A DNA stretch of 47,590 bases, taken from Eubacteriales bacterium. GTDB lineage: Bacteria; Bacillota; Clostridia; Oscillospirales; CAG-272. Where the stretch lies: positions 1 to 47,590 of the forward strand of contig JAZLBH010000151.1 in NCBI GenBank assembly GCA_045613605.1. The letters run 5' to 3'. The translations under genes and the position numbers were made by a program. Below, in pieces: positions 8,201 through 15,941 of the stretch. Positions within the stretch are counted from its first letter, which is position 1. The number at the start of each line of letters is the position of its first letter. The notes under the pieces were generated by a model. It was not told the DNA's origin, searched no databases, and worked only from the letters and a program-made list of their open reading frames with translations.

Positions 8201-9336
8201 TCTGTAGCTACTACGCCTTCAAGTACCTTTACACTGAGATCATAATCAGAACCGGAAGCATAAAGCTGAGTTGTATGTCCGCTGATTACGGGAGCCTGGT
8301 CAACGTAAGGTGTGAGAACCTCAGCTGTGTCAGCCCAAAGAAGACGAACTACGTTACCGTATGTACCGATTACGTTATAGTTCATAAATCCACGTCCGTC
8401 AGAGTCAACTGTTGTACCAGCATAACCGGACTGAACTACGATCGCATAACCGCCTGCGGGAATCTTCATATCATCAGCAACCTTGTTGATGTTTTCCAAA
8501 GTAGCTGTGGTGGATCCACGGTTGGGGTTAGCAGCATTAAGAAGCTTATTGTTAGCACCGTCACGACCTTCAATAACTACACCGTTAGCTGTGATAATAG
8601 CTACTACTGCATAGTCACTGTTAGATACTGTAACTGTGATCTCAGAGGAAGATGCATTGTAGAATACACCACTCTGCTTATCGAATGTTGCGCTTTCATT
8701 AAGAACGTGATATTCATTGTTCTTAAAGTTAAGTATGCAACCTGTCCACTTTGTTTCACCAAGAAGGTTCTTCTGAACTTCAAGTGTAAGAGCAGAGAGA
8801 GCTTTGTTAACTACAACAGTACGTGTTGCAGTTGCTTCGTTACCATACTTATTCACTGCAAGATAGGTGATTGTGTAGGTACCTTCAACGTCCTTATCAA
8901 AGCCGTCGTCGTCCTCAATCCAAAGACGAACCTCATCGTCACCGGAATCAGTTACAGTTACACCGAACATAAGGTCGATATCATCACCTGCGTTGATCTC
9001 AAGTTCTTCGGGAACTACAGAGATAACGGGTGTTGTGCCTTCGGGTGTACTTGCATGTCCTGCACACTTATTAGCACAAACGTCCTCTGTGCAATCTGCG
9101 TCAAGACACAATCCACACTCGGAGCATTTGCTTTCACAAGCGTGGTCAACAGGGGGTTCTTCTCCGCCAGGTCCATCGGGATTGGTGGGCTCTGTAGGAG
9201 TTGCTGGGGTTGTAGAAACTTCTTGCTTCTGTGTTGCAGAAGGTTCGGTTTCCACAGGGAAAAGATCACACGATGTCATTGCGAGTACAAGCACAAGAAC
9301 AAGTGCAATCGCTGTCAAGATTCTTGACATTTTCAT
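5254..9336 (-). CDS. giant cell-surface lipoprotein: 2 Ig-like (DUF5011-like) domains, 6 copies of a ~140-aa beta-rich repeat, and 8 seven-cysteine mini-modules
   Basis: GAGGAGG lies 8 nt upstream of the ATG at 9334-9336 (M16 of the ORF-track protein). Signal peptide plus lipobox-like LVLAMTSC. Ig-like signature GTYTITYLAVNKYGNEATATRTVVV and GKYTITLEATDGTHATTVTRVVEV. Repeats carry NG(W/Y)G.A.(I/V)..(Q/A).G.V.R(I/V)YDG...GE.L...PNG. Cys modules are CE..C..C..C....C....C...C. Confidence 0.8.
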   Translation of the reverse strand: MKMSRILTAIALVLVLVLAMTSCDLFPVETEPSATQKQEVSTTPATPTEPTNPDGPGGEEPPVDHACESKCSECGLCLDADCTEDVCANKCAGHASTPEGTTPVISVVPEELEINAGDDIDLMFGVTVTDSGDDEVRLWIEDDDGFDKDVEGTYTITYLAVNKYGNEATATRTVVVNKALSALTLEVQKNLLGETKWTGCILNFKNNEYHVLNESATFDKQSGVFYNASSSEITVTVSNSDYAVVAIITANGVVIEGRDGANNKLLNAANPNRGSTTATLENINKVADDMKIPAGGYAIVVQSGYAGTTVDSDGRGFMNYNVIGTYGNVVRLLWADTAEVLTPYVDQAPVISGHTTQLYASGSDYDLSVKVLEGVVATDDNGTFDVADNTAVTVTIVNDGGFDIGVAGKYTITLEATDGTHATTVTRVVEVTTSAYEISINGNAYTTVESLVAIDKDLNALGKNVFVIYTPSYTGNLNWANGWGEAFIINQYGEVVRIYDGANGKYYDVENPAGIADASKCTAAGYLTEAFNSRQAGEYLLVAPNGNGNATRGFLLSNRTIGAKVVIPGITFEHKCESVCVQCGLCLDAECTESACANKCAGHVHNCEDICEVCAKCTSECDNEVCAAKCDCVTVVINGKSLKILGGTIAIDEAKPTLGSYNFVVYTYNFKKDNATLSWSNGWAQAFILNQYGQVVRIYDGVSGGKYFDAANRAGIAGVTAAGDTLKDAYASLSEGETLILGANGGLNGNAGRSFLGGVRVIGALATIPGVTFEALPEHACESACADCGKCMDATCIMPACLAQCACHRCESICAKCNGCLDPACTEKACETKCSCHDCESLCAICGGCKDTECTNEVCAKKCVCTDTSANKYFAINGTSFMAAEGKWLYNTQCGNTTEPKAQNYKMIIFDRNYTGTFSTNSYGVALVVDGNGKLVKGYAWDGYYTAEGKVAIHYAVGDYATTAFAELKAGEVLIIFPNDAVNAADSARTFGKGLCDNWANTMGKEVVLTGYTFSVPAHECESKCPQCGLCLDAECTEEVCASKCAGHTHYCENVCETCGSCTNAACTEEVCAKKCNCFTVSIGSKLYVAVDGMWAINEEITTSNAATKAVWVFNKSYTGSFNTNGYGVAVVLDAYGRVARVYDGANVGYWLPAGKQASAHFNANTFATVAWSELQEGETLVVFPNGADGNKARQIGLDCRYLFNQTMHLTGVTFADPNKTITIGSKTYTATEGKWLYNTAVTTSNAASYAIIIYDKGFTGTFTTNGYGVAVVLDAQGKVARIYDGANAGYTDATSGVNDKTHGVTVNNFATLAWESLQEGETLVILPNGGSDGNAARQVGLDCRFLVGQKMSITGFTFQ

Positions 9337-9411
9337 AAGAAATACCTCCTCAAGTATTTTTTTAATTATTTTAAGATGCAAAGCATCAGAAAATCTGTTT
9401 TTTTCGATTTA

Positions 9412-11490
9412 TTAAGCCAAACCGAAAAGCTTTTTGAAGAAATTAGCTATAGCCAATATCAATCTTTGGAAAAATCCGAGTTTAACGGGTGTTTCGGTAG
9501 CATTTCCCTCTTCTTCACCGTTATTTCCTTCATTTTCATTACCGTTTTCGTCATAAGAATTGTCATCATTACCGTTTTCGTCGTCTGGTAGCGGGGCTTC
9601 TTCTTCAACGTCCACGATAATTTCCATCAAGGATCTAGTCTCAATAATTTCAGCAAGATAACTCAAGTTCTCAGTAATTCTTTGAGTTGCATATCCACTT
9701 GAATAGGAGCTTACGTTTGCAAGAATTTCATTAAGACTGTTGTAAATTGCTGCAATTTCCTCGTTAGTTTCAAATGGCATTTGTTGAATCTCAAGCATAG
9801 CATTTTTAAGATTTGCTCTTTGCTCTGCCGTCATTGCTCCCGCAGGAACGTAAAGTCTGTCGGCTTTATCCAAAATGTCACCAAAGCTTGCTTCAAGAAT
9901 CTTATCAATACTTGCGTGTGGCAAAACTGCCCATTTATTATTGATACCACTTGAAAGCACGTCTTGAACGTCCTTATGTCCGATAATTTGCGCACCTGAG
10001 AAAATTACGTATCCGCAAGCGCCCGCTTCATAAGAAGCCGTAACAAAATTCTTGTTCTCATATGCGGGAAGTCCGCTATATGATGATGCGATTCCCGTAT
10101 AGTAGAGACATTTGCTACCGCCAAGCTCAATCATTGTCTTCACGTTTGTTTTCACGGTGGACGCACTTGAATAATAAGCCATTGGAGTTGCTATTTCAAT
10201 CCAACCGTTCTTAAACCAAGTTTGCCAATCCTGTTTTTTGGAATCCAACGATTCACTGATGGTTGCAAAAACAGCAGTTGAAAGAACAATTTTATTAGGA
10301 ATCTTTACCTCTTGCTTGATTCGATATACGAAATCAGTGATAACCTGCTTTCGATATTCGACCCAAAGATTATAGTTTTGGTCAGCCTCTGCCTGTCCAC
10401 CGGCAAGATAGTCCTTATTGAATAACTGCAGGAATTTATTTCTCATTTTTTTGCTATCAGCAAGCTGTTCAGCAGTAAATTCCTTACCAAGTAATTCATA
10501 AAAGCCCTTCATAGCGCCGGGGGCAAAGCCCGTATCCATAGATTTGTTGGACACAGGATAACGAATATAATCAAGATTAAGTCCCTTTACCTCGGGATGC
10601 TTTTTGAATAAATCGTTATAATAATTAATAAGAAGATTTTGGACCTCAACGTTAGCGGGGTCAATAAAGATGTACTGACCTCCCTCTTTACGCTGAAGGA
10701 ACGTGCCATCATCGTTATACATCACCCAATCGGGATGATCCTTAACAATTTTGGTGTTTGCATTGATACCGACGTAGAAGTTTTCAGTCCACGCGTGCAC
10801 TTCAATTCCGTTTTCAGAGCACAATGCAACGAATGCGGAAAGATAATCGTCATAAACTACGTTATTCTCGGTATCAGTATAAGTATCAACCAAATCGGGA
10901 TGATAAGGTATATCGCTTATATCGGTTTTGAATGCTGAGCATCCGTGATAAAAGGTTTCAAGGAAAATAAGATTGATCCCTGCTTTCTTGAAGGATTCAA
11001 CATTCTCTTTTATCTCAGCGTAGGTCTTTTCACACGGTCTATACCAAGTGGAACGCGCTGAAACGACCTTGCTTTCAACCAAAGACACTTCAATCAGAGT
11101 ACAAAGCTCCTCAATACGTGCTTTAGAATTGTTAAATTCAGATATATACGTTTCTACGTTTGAACCGTTGATATTATTAACAATATTGTTTTTGAGCGAA
11201 TTGGCTTTATTTATTTCACCTTGCACCTCAGAGATATAACCATCAATGAGCTTTGTATCAAGGTCATACAGCTGTAAAATTTTAGACTGTGCTGCATTTA
11301 CAGCTGAATTAACCTTGCTCGCTAAAGTGCTATATGTATTATTTATTGAAGAAGCGCTAACGCTTGCATCCTTATTCATATCAATTACATTATCGAAATT
11401 TTGCAAAGCGGATATGGAAATCAATGAAGTAAGTGTTATCAAAGCTATCAATAAAGCAATAATTTTAATTGCTATTTTTTTAATATACAT
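9412..11490 (-). CDS. secreted GHL10 (DUF187, glycoside hydrolase-like family 10) protein with N-terminal coiled-coil region and conserved C-terminal tail
   Basis: N-terminal signal/anchor. Motifs INLIFLETFYHG, IEVHAWTENFYVG, YIFIDPAN and GLNLDYIRYP are characteristic of DUF187/GHL10 TIM-barrel proteins. Acidic low-complexity linker, then the tail LGFFQRLILAIANFFKKLFGLA. Confidence 0.75.
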   Translation of the reverse strand: MYIKKIAIKIIALLIALITLTSLISISALQNFDNVIDMNKDASVSASSINNTYSTLASKVNSAVNAAQSKILQLYDLDTKLIDGYISEVQGEINKANSLKNNIVNNINGSNVETYISEFNNSKARIEELCTLIEVSLVESKVVSARSTWYRPCEKTYAEIKENVESFKKAGINLIFLETFYHGCSAFKTDISDIPYHPDLVDTYTDTENNVVYDDYLSAFVALCSENGIEVHAWTENFYVGINANTKIVKDHPDWVMYNDDGTFLQRKEGGQYIFIDPANVEVQNLLINYYNDLFKKHPEVKGLNLDYIRYPVSNKSMDTGFAPGAMKGFYELLGKEFTAEQLADSKKMRNKFLQLFNKDYLAGGQAEADQNYNLWVEYRKQVITDFVYRIKQEVKIPNKIVLSTAVFATISESLDSKKQDWQTWFKNGWIEIATPMAYYSSASTVKTNVKTMIELGGSKCLYYTGIASSYSGLPAYENKNFVTASYEAGACGYVIFSGAQIIGHKDVQDVLSSGINNKWAVLPHASIDKILEASFGDILDKADRLYVPAGAMTAEQRANLKNAMLEIQQMPFETNEEIAAIYNSLNEILANVSSYSSGYATQRITENLSYLAEIIETRSLMEIIVDVEEEAPLPDDENGNDDNSYDENGNENEGNNGEEEGNATETPVKLGFFQRLILAIANFFKKLFGLA

Positions 11491-11515
11491 TTGTTACTCA
11501 CTTTCCGTCAAGCAA

Positions 11516-14500
11516 TCAAGCGATGCCAAAAAGTCTTTTGAAGAAATTGATAATTGCCTGGAAGATTCTTGCAAAGAAGCCAAGCTGCTCGGGCTCTTCT
11601 GCAGGCTTATTGATATTGATGTTACCACCCTCGTTTACAGGAGGCGTATTATTTGTTCCACCGGGAGCAAAGATACCGTCTTCATTAACTACGGGACGCT
11701 GAGGATTCTCTTCAGGATTCCACTGTCCGTCCTCAATAAGCTTCATAGAAATTCTTGCATCAAGCACGTCAGCAAGATAATTGAGCTGCTCAATGATTCT
11801 CTGGCGTGAGTATCCGTTTGCATAGTTCTTAATTACATTTGTCTTTGCAAGCTCAGTGATTGCCTTTTTAATCTTATAGATTGCAACTGCATCACTGTCA
11901 TCCATAGCTGCAATTTCGTCAAGAATTGCCTTAAGCTCAGCCTTTTGAGCCTCGGTCATACCGCCTGCGGGAATATAGAGTCTATCTGCCTTATCAATGA
12001 TATCCGCAAAGCCTGCCAAAAGAATCTCATTGATGTCTGCATGAGGAAGAACTCCCCATTTGCTGTTTACACCGTTCTTGAGGGCATTTTGAACGTCCTC
12101 GTGACCGATAATCTGTGTTGAACAGAAAATTACGTAACCTGATGCACCCGCATTATAGGATGCTTCGATAAATTCCTTATTATAGTATGCAGGAAGTCCG
12201 CTGTAGGAGGAAGCAAGACCTGCATAGTACATACAAGTGTTACCACCCATAAGGATCATTTCCTTAACTCTTGCATTTACGTCAGAAGCATTGTTGTAAT
12301 ATGCCATGGGTGTTGCAATATCAATCCAACCGTTATTGAACCAAGTTTTCCAATCCTGCTTCTTTGCACCGCTTGATTCACTCAAGGATGCAAATACTGA
12401 CGTTGAAAGCATAATATCGTTAGGAAGCTTAACCTCATCCTTAATTCTGCGAACGTATTCAGTAATAATGGAAGCACGGTATTTAACCCACTTATCGTAG
12501 TTTTCAGTTGCTTCTGCTTCACCGCCCTTGAGGTAATTAGGATCAAAGAGCTGCTTAAACTTATTGTACATTTTTTCTCTTGATGAAAGCTGGTTATCAG
12601 TAAATTCTTTACCAAGAGTTGCATAGAAGCCCTTCATAGCCTCAATTGTAAAGCCTGTATCCTCAGTTGCATCGGAAACAGGATAACGAATATAGTCAAG
12701 GTTAAGTCCTGAAATTTCAGGGTGCTTTGTCAAAAGATCGTTATAATATTTGATAAGTGTATCCTGAACGGCCTTATTAGCGGGGTCGATGAAATAGTAA
12801 GGACCACCCTCGTTACGCTGAATTGTCGTGCCGTCATCGTTGTACATTACCCAATCGGGATGCATGGTCAAAACTTGAACTGTCTTATCAGTTCCAACGT
12901 AGAAGTTTTCAACCCAAGCATGTACCTCAATGCCGTTTTCAATACAGCAAGCTACAAAAGCAGAAAGGTAATCGTTATAAATTGTACCCTCTTCCGTTCT
13001 ATATGTTTCGGAAAGGTTCTTGTGATATGGGAATTCGGCAACATCGCTTCTGAATGTTGAATATCCATTATAAAGTGTTTCAACAAAAACAAGGTTAATG
13101 CCTATTTCCTTATACATCTTTACATTAGTCAAAATTTCAGCATATGTCAATTCAATGGGTCTGTGCCATACTGCTCGAGCAGAAACAACGTTGCTCTCAG
13201 CTGAGCACATAATAATTGTCTGACGAAGCTTTTCAATTACAAGCTGACTATCATTATATCTCATAAGAAGACTAAGACGAGCGTCTTCAGTAAGATCGGG
13301 ATCTTCAAGGGCAACCTCGATCTCCTCTTTTACTGATTTTAATTTTCCAAGCTCTTCTCTTGCCTGATCAATGTAGCCGTTCAAAGCCTCTGCGTTTACA
13401 TCATAAAGCTGTTTGATTCTTGTTTCAGCATTTGAAATCGCTGATTCAACGCTTGTTACAAGATTTTCGTAGTAAGAGTTAAGGGTTGTGGAAACAGAAT
13501 ATCTATTATTCTCTTCATCAAGAACTACTGTTGCACCAACAACGATATTACCACGAATAAAGTCACGACCCAATCCGTGACCGGATATTACGTAACCTCC
13601 CTCGGGAATTGATGAAACGTTTACACCAAGCTCAACAACGATGCCGTTAGCATCAACTGCGGCTTCAAAGCCATAAACGTTTGTACCTGTACCGGACGCG
13701 CCCTTATAGTCCCAACCGTACTTATAAATAATAGTTTGGTCAGTACCGCGGAACGCAGGAAATTCTTCAGTAGAAGTTTCCATACCGTTGGGGTTGCTTT
13801 CCTTTGTAGGGTTAATATGGTCAAAGGTGCCGTAAACCGTACCGCCAAATCTTACGAAATCAAAGCCAACCATCTTAACCTCGTCGCCAACGTTAAACAA
13901 TTGAAGCTTAGCGAGAAGCTGACGGTAACCGGGACCGTAAGCACTAAGAACGAATCCGTTATCGGGAATTACGGAACCGGAATCATCTCCGATACCGAAG
14001 GGACGGAAATCTTTAACCACGAACGTGTTCTTTTCGAAATCGAACTGACACATCATTTCAGTACCAAATACGTTAGTACCTGTCTTTTCACCGTACTGAT
14101 AGTCGTAATAAACGACCATGGACGTTGAACGGTTAGCATTTGTTGCATCAACAACAACTCTGCTTCCGCTTGTAGATTCAACTGCCTTTGTGGGAATAAC
14201 AAGCTTCTTTTCACCGCCCAATGTAACTACGTCACCGATTTTTGCAAAATCAAGATGAATATTGCTGTTAAGTGAAAGAACAAAACCGCCTACAGGAATA
14301 TATGTAGTACCGTCACCGCTTGTATTAATCTTAGTTACAACATAACTTCCATCACTGTACTCACAAACGTATTCAGTATAATTACCAACACGTCCGGTAG
14401 TGGTTTTGGGATAATACGCAGTGTAAATTATAGAATCTTCATCGTAGATAGTATCATAATGAATTTCATAGTCCGTCAATGAACCACCACTTGCAACTTC

Positions 14501-14686
14501 CCAGTAATCTGCCGGGTCTGAGGATACACCTGAGATGGTGTTTTCACCAACCGTAACGGTGATTCCTCTGATTGAAATGTCACGAGTATACTCACCCTCT
14601 TGCGCTGCGAAGATCATCACTCCGCTAACTGCCAAAAGAGAAACAAGTAACACACACAATCCGATTCTAAATAAATTTCTTTTCAT
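11516..14686 (-). CDS. secreted GHL10 (DUF187) protein with ~430-aa N-terminal beta-rich extension and conserved C-terminal tail
   Basis: Signal peptide (LCVLLVSLLAVSGVMIFAAQ). The C-terminal ~600 aa are a close paralog of 9412..11490 (INLVFVETLYNG, IEVHAWVENFYVG, YYFIDPAN, GLNLDYIRYP). Tail LGFFARIFQAIINFFKRLFGIA. Confidence 0.75.
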   Translation of the reverse strand: MKRNLFRIGLCVLLVSLLAVSGVMIFAAQEGEYTRDISIRGITVTVGENTISGVSSDPADYWEVASGGSLTDYEIHYDTIYDEDSIIYTAYYPKTTTGRVGNYTEYVCEYSDGSYVVTKINTSGDGTTYIPVGGFVLSLNSNIHLDFAKIGDVVTLGGEKKLVIPTKAVESTSGSRVVVDATNANRSTSMVVYYDYQYGEKTGTNVFGTEMMCQFDFEKNTFVVKDFRPFGIGDDSGSVIPDNGFVLSAYGPGYRQLLAKLQLFNVGDEVKMVGFDFVRFGGTVYGTFDHINPTKESNPNGMETSTEEFPAFRGTDQTIIYKYGWDYKGASGTGTNVYGFEAAVDANGIVVELGVNVSSIPEGGYVISGHGLGRDFIRGNIVVGATVVLDEENNRYSVSTTLNSYYENLVTSVESAISNAETRIKQLYDVNAEALNGYIDQAREELGKLKSVKEEIEVALEDPDLTEDARLSLLMRYNDSQLVIEKLRQTIIMCSAESNVVSARAVWHRPIELTYAEILTNVKMYKEIGINLVFVETLYNGYSTFRSDVAEFPYHKNLSETYRTEEGTIYNDYLSAFVACCIENGIEVHAWVENFYVGTDKTVQVLTMHPDWVMYNDDGTTIQRNEGGPYYFIDPANKAVQDTLIKYYNDLLTKHPEISGLNLDYIRYPVSDATEDTGFTIEAMKGFYATLGKEFTDNQLSSREKMYNKFKQLFDPNYLKGGEAEATENYDKWVKYRASIITEYVRRIKDEVKLPNDIMLSTSVFASLSESSGAKKQDWKTWFNNGWIDIATPMAYYNNASDVNARVKEMILMGGNTCMYYAGLASSYSGLPAYYNKEFIEASYNAGASGYVIFCSTQIIGHEDVQNALKNGVNSKWGVLPHADINEILLAGFADIIDKADRLYIPAGGMTEAQKAELKAILDEIAAMDDSDAVAIYKIKKAITELAKTNVIKNYANGYSRQRIIEQLNYLADVLDARISMKLIEDGQWNPEENPQRPVVNEDGIFAPGGTNNTPPVNEGGNININKPAEEPEQLGFFARIFQAIINFFKRLFGIA

Positions 14687-14743
14687 AGTGCCTCCCTATG
14701 CTTTTTATTTTTTGCCCATTTTTTGTAGACATTTTTAACTTAA

Positions 14744-15886
14744 TTAATCATTTGAGCCGTATTTTTGACTCAAGAAGCTATGATAATCTTGCTTCGCTTC
14801 AAAAAAGGTTTTTGCAGCGTCAAAGAGTATAGTTCCCTCCGCGCCTGCGGCTTTGCTCGCCTCAATATGTGTATCAAGCTCATCGGTTGTTTGGTTATGA
14901 TAGGTTGTATAAAGTCCTGTATAGCACTTTGCTCCGTTACACATTGCCTTAAGATTTTTAACTGCCTCTCCAACCTGTGTAGCACTGTAAAAATGCACCA
15001 TGGGAGTTACCATATCCACATACTTATTATTCAACCAAGCCTTAATGCTTTGTTTTTTGAAATTATAGGTTTGCTCAATTTCAGGGAAAATTGCGGTCGA
15101 CACCCATACTCCTGCATGCTTTTCATCAACCATGTCACGAACACTCTTTATAAATGAGGTAATGTATTCCGAACGGTATGCGATCCACTCAGCTTCAAGA
15201 TTATTTTCCTTGATAAGAGCATTAAATTTTGGGGGATTATTATCATTTCCAACATTAAGTCCGCAACGCTCGGCAAAGCCGCGCATTGAAACCTCAGTAT
15301 ATCCCGTATCCGTATTGTCTGCCATAACTGAAATGGGATAACGAATATAATCAAGGTTAAGACCCTTTATCTGCGGGAATCTTTCGAGAATCTCGTCATA
15401 AAGATTAACCAAATAATTTCTAACCTCCGGATTTGCTGGGTCAATAAAAAGATAACCGCCAAATCCGTGACCCTCAGTCGTGTGTCTTAATTTTCCGTCT
15501 TGATTGATAAGCATCCATTCGGGATGCTCAACAACAAACGTTGCCTCTTCCTTAACCCCCACGTAAAAATCCTGAACCCACGCGTGCACGTGTATTCCTC
15601 GTTTTTCCGCTTCATTTACGAAAGCGCTGAGATAGTCGGGATATTCACCGTAATTAAATCCTTCAAGCTTTGGACGGTACGGAACGTTTTTTGATTTGAA
15701 AATAGCTGCTCCGTGGAAAAACGTTTCAAGAAAAACAAGATTAACTCCCGCTTCTTTAAATTCGTCAAGAACCAAGCAAAGCTCTTCAAGATTTGTTTCT
15801 CTCTCGCTGGAGTTTGGTCTATGCCATACTCCCAAGATTTGTTTATTTGATTGTAGTGCCTCGTCAGCACAGTTATTTGTATTCAT
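14744..15886 (-). CDS. cytoplasmic GHL10 (DUF187) family protein
   Basis: No signal peptide (MNTNNCADEALQSNKQILGVWHRP). Same core motifs: VNLVFLETFFHG, IHVHAWVQDFYVG, YLFIDPAN, GLNLDYIRYP. Confidence 0.7.
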   Translation of the reverse strand: MNTNNCADEALQSNKQILGVWHRPNSSERETNLEELCLVLDEFKEAGVNLVFLETFFHGAAIFKSKNVPYRPKLEGFNYGEYPDYLSAFVNEAEKRGIHVHAWVQDFYVGVKEEATFVVEHPEWMLINQDGKLRHTTEGHGFGGYLFIDPANPEVRNYLVNLYDEILERFPQIKGLNLDYIRYPISVMADNTDTGYTEVSMRGFAERCGLNVGNDNNPPKFNALIKENNLEAEWIAYRSEYITSFIKSVRDMVDEKHAGVWVSTAIFPEIEQTYNFKKQSIKAWLNNKYVDMVTPMVHFYSATQVGEAVKNLKAMCNGAKCYTGLYTTYHNQTTDELDTHIEASKAAGAEGTILFDAAKTFFEAKQDYHSFLSQKYGSND

Positions 15887-15941
15887 AAAAGTTTAACTCC
15901 GAGTATACGATTCAAAGCATCATTTTGCCTTGTACATAAAT

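Noticed and set aside
6103-9144. Ferredoxin-type 4Fe-4S or radical-SAM interpretation of the CxxCxxC / CxxxCxxC strings in the giant lipoprotein
   Set aside because: The spacing is CxxCxxCxxxxC without the following Pro. Each module has 7 Cys and acts as an inter-domain linker. The protein has a signal peptide and lipobox, so it is extracellular. No maturase or rSAM gene is in the window.
7615-9327. Long plus-strand ORFs antisense to real genes (570 aa here; also 2315..3472, 41831..42733, 6826..7557, 24653..25186 and others)
   Set aside because: These are shadow ORFs on the opposite strand of strongly supported minus-strand genes. Their products are Cys/Val/Thr/Asn-rich low-complexity sequences with no recognisable motifs, RBS or promoters.
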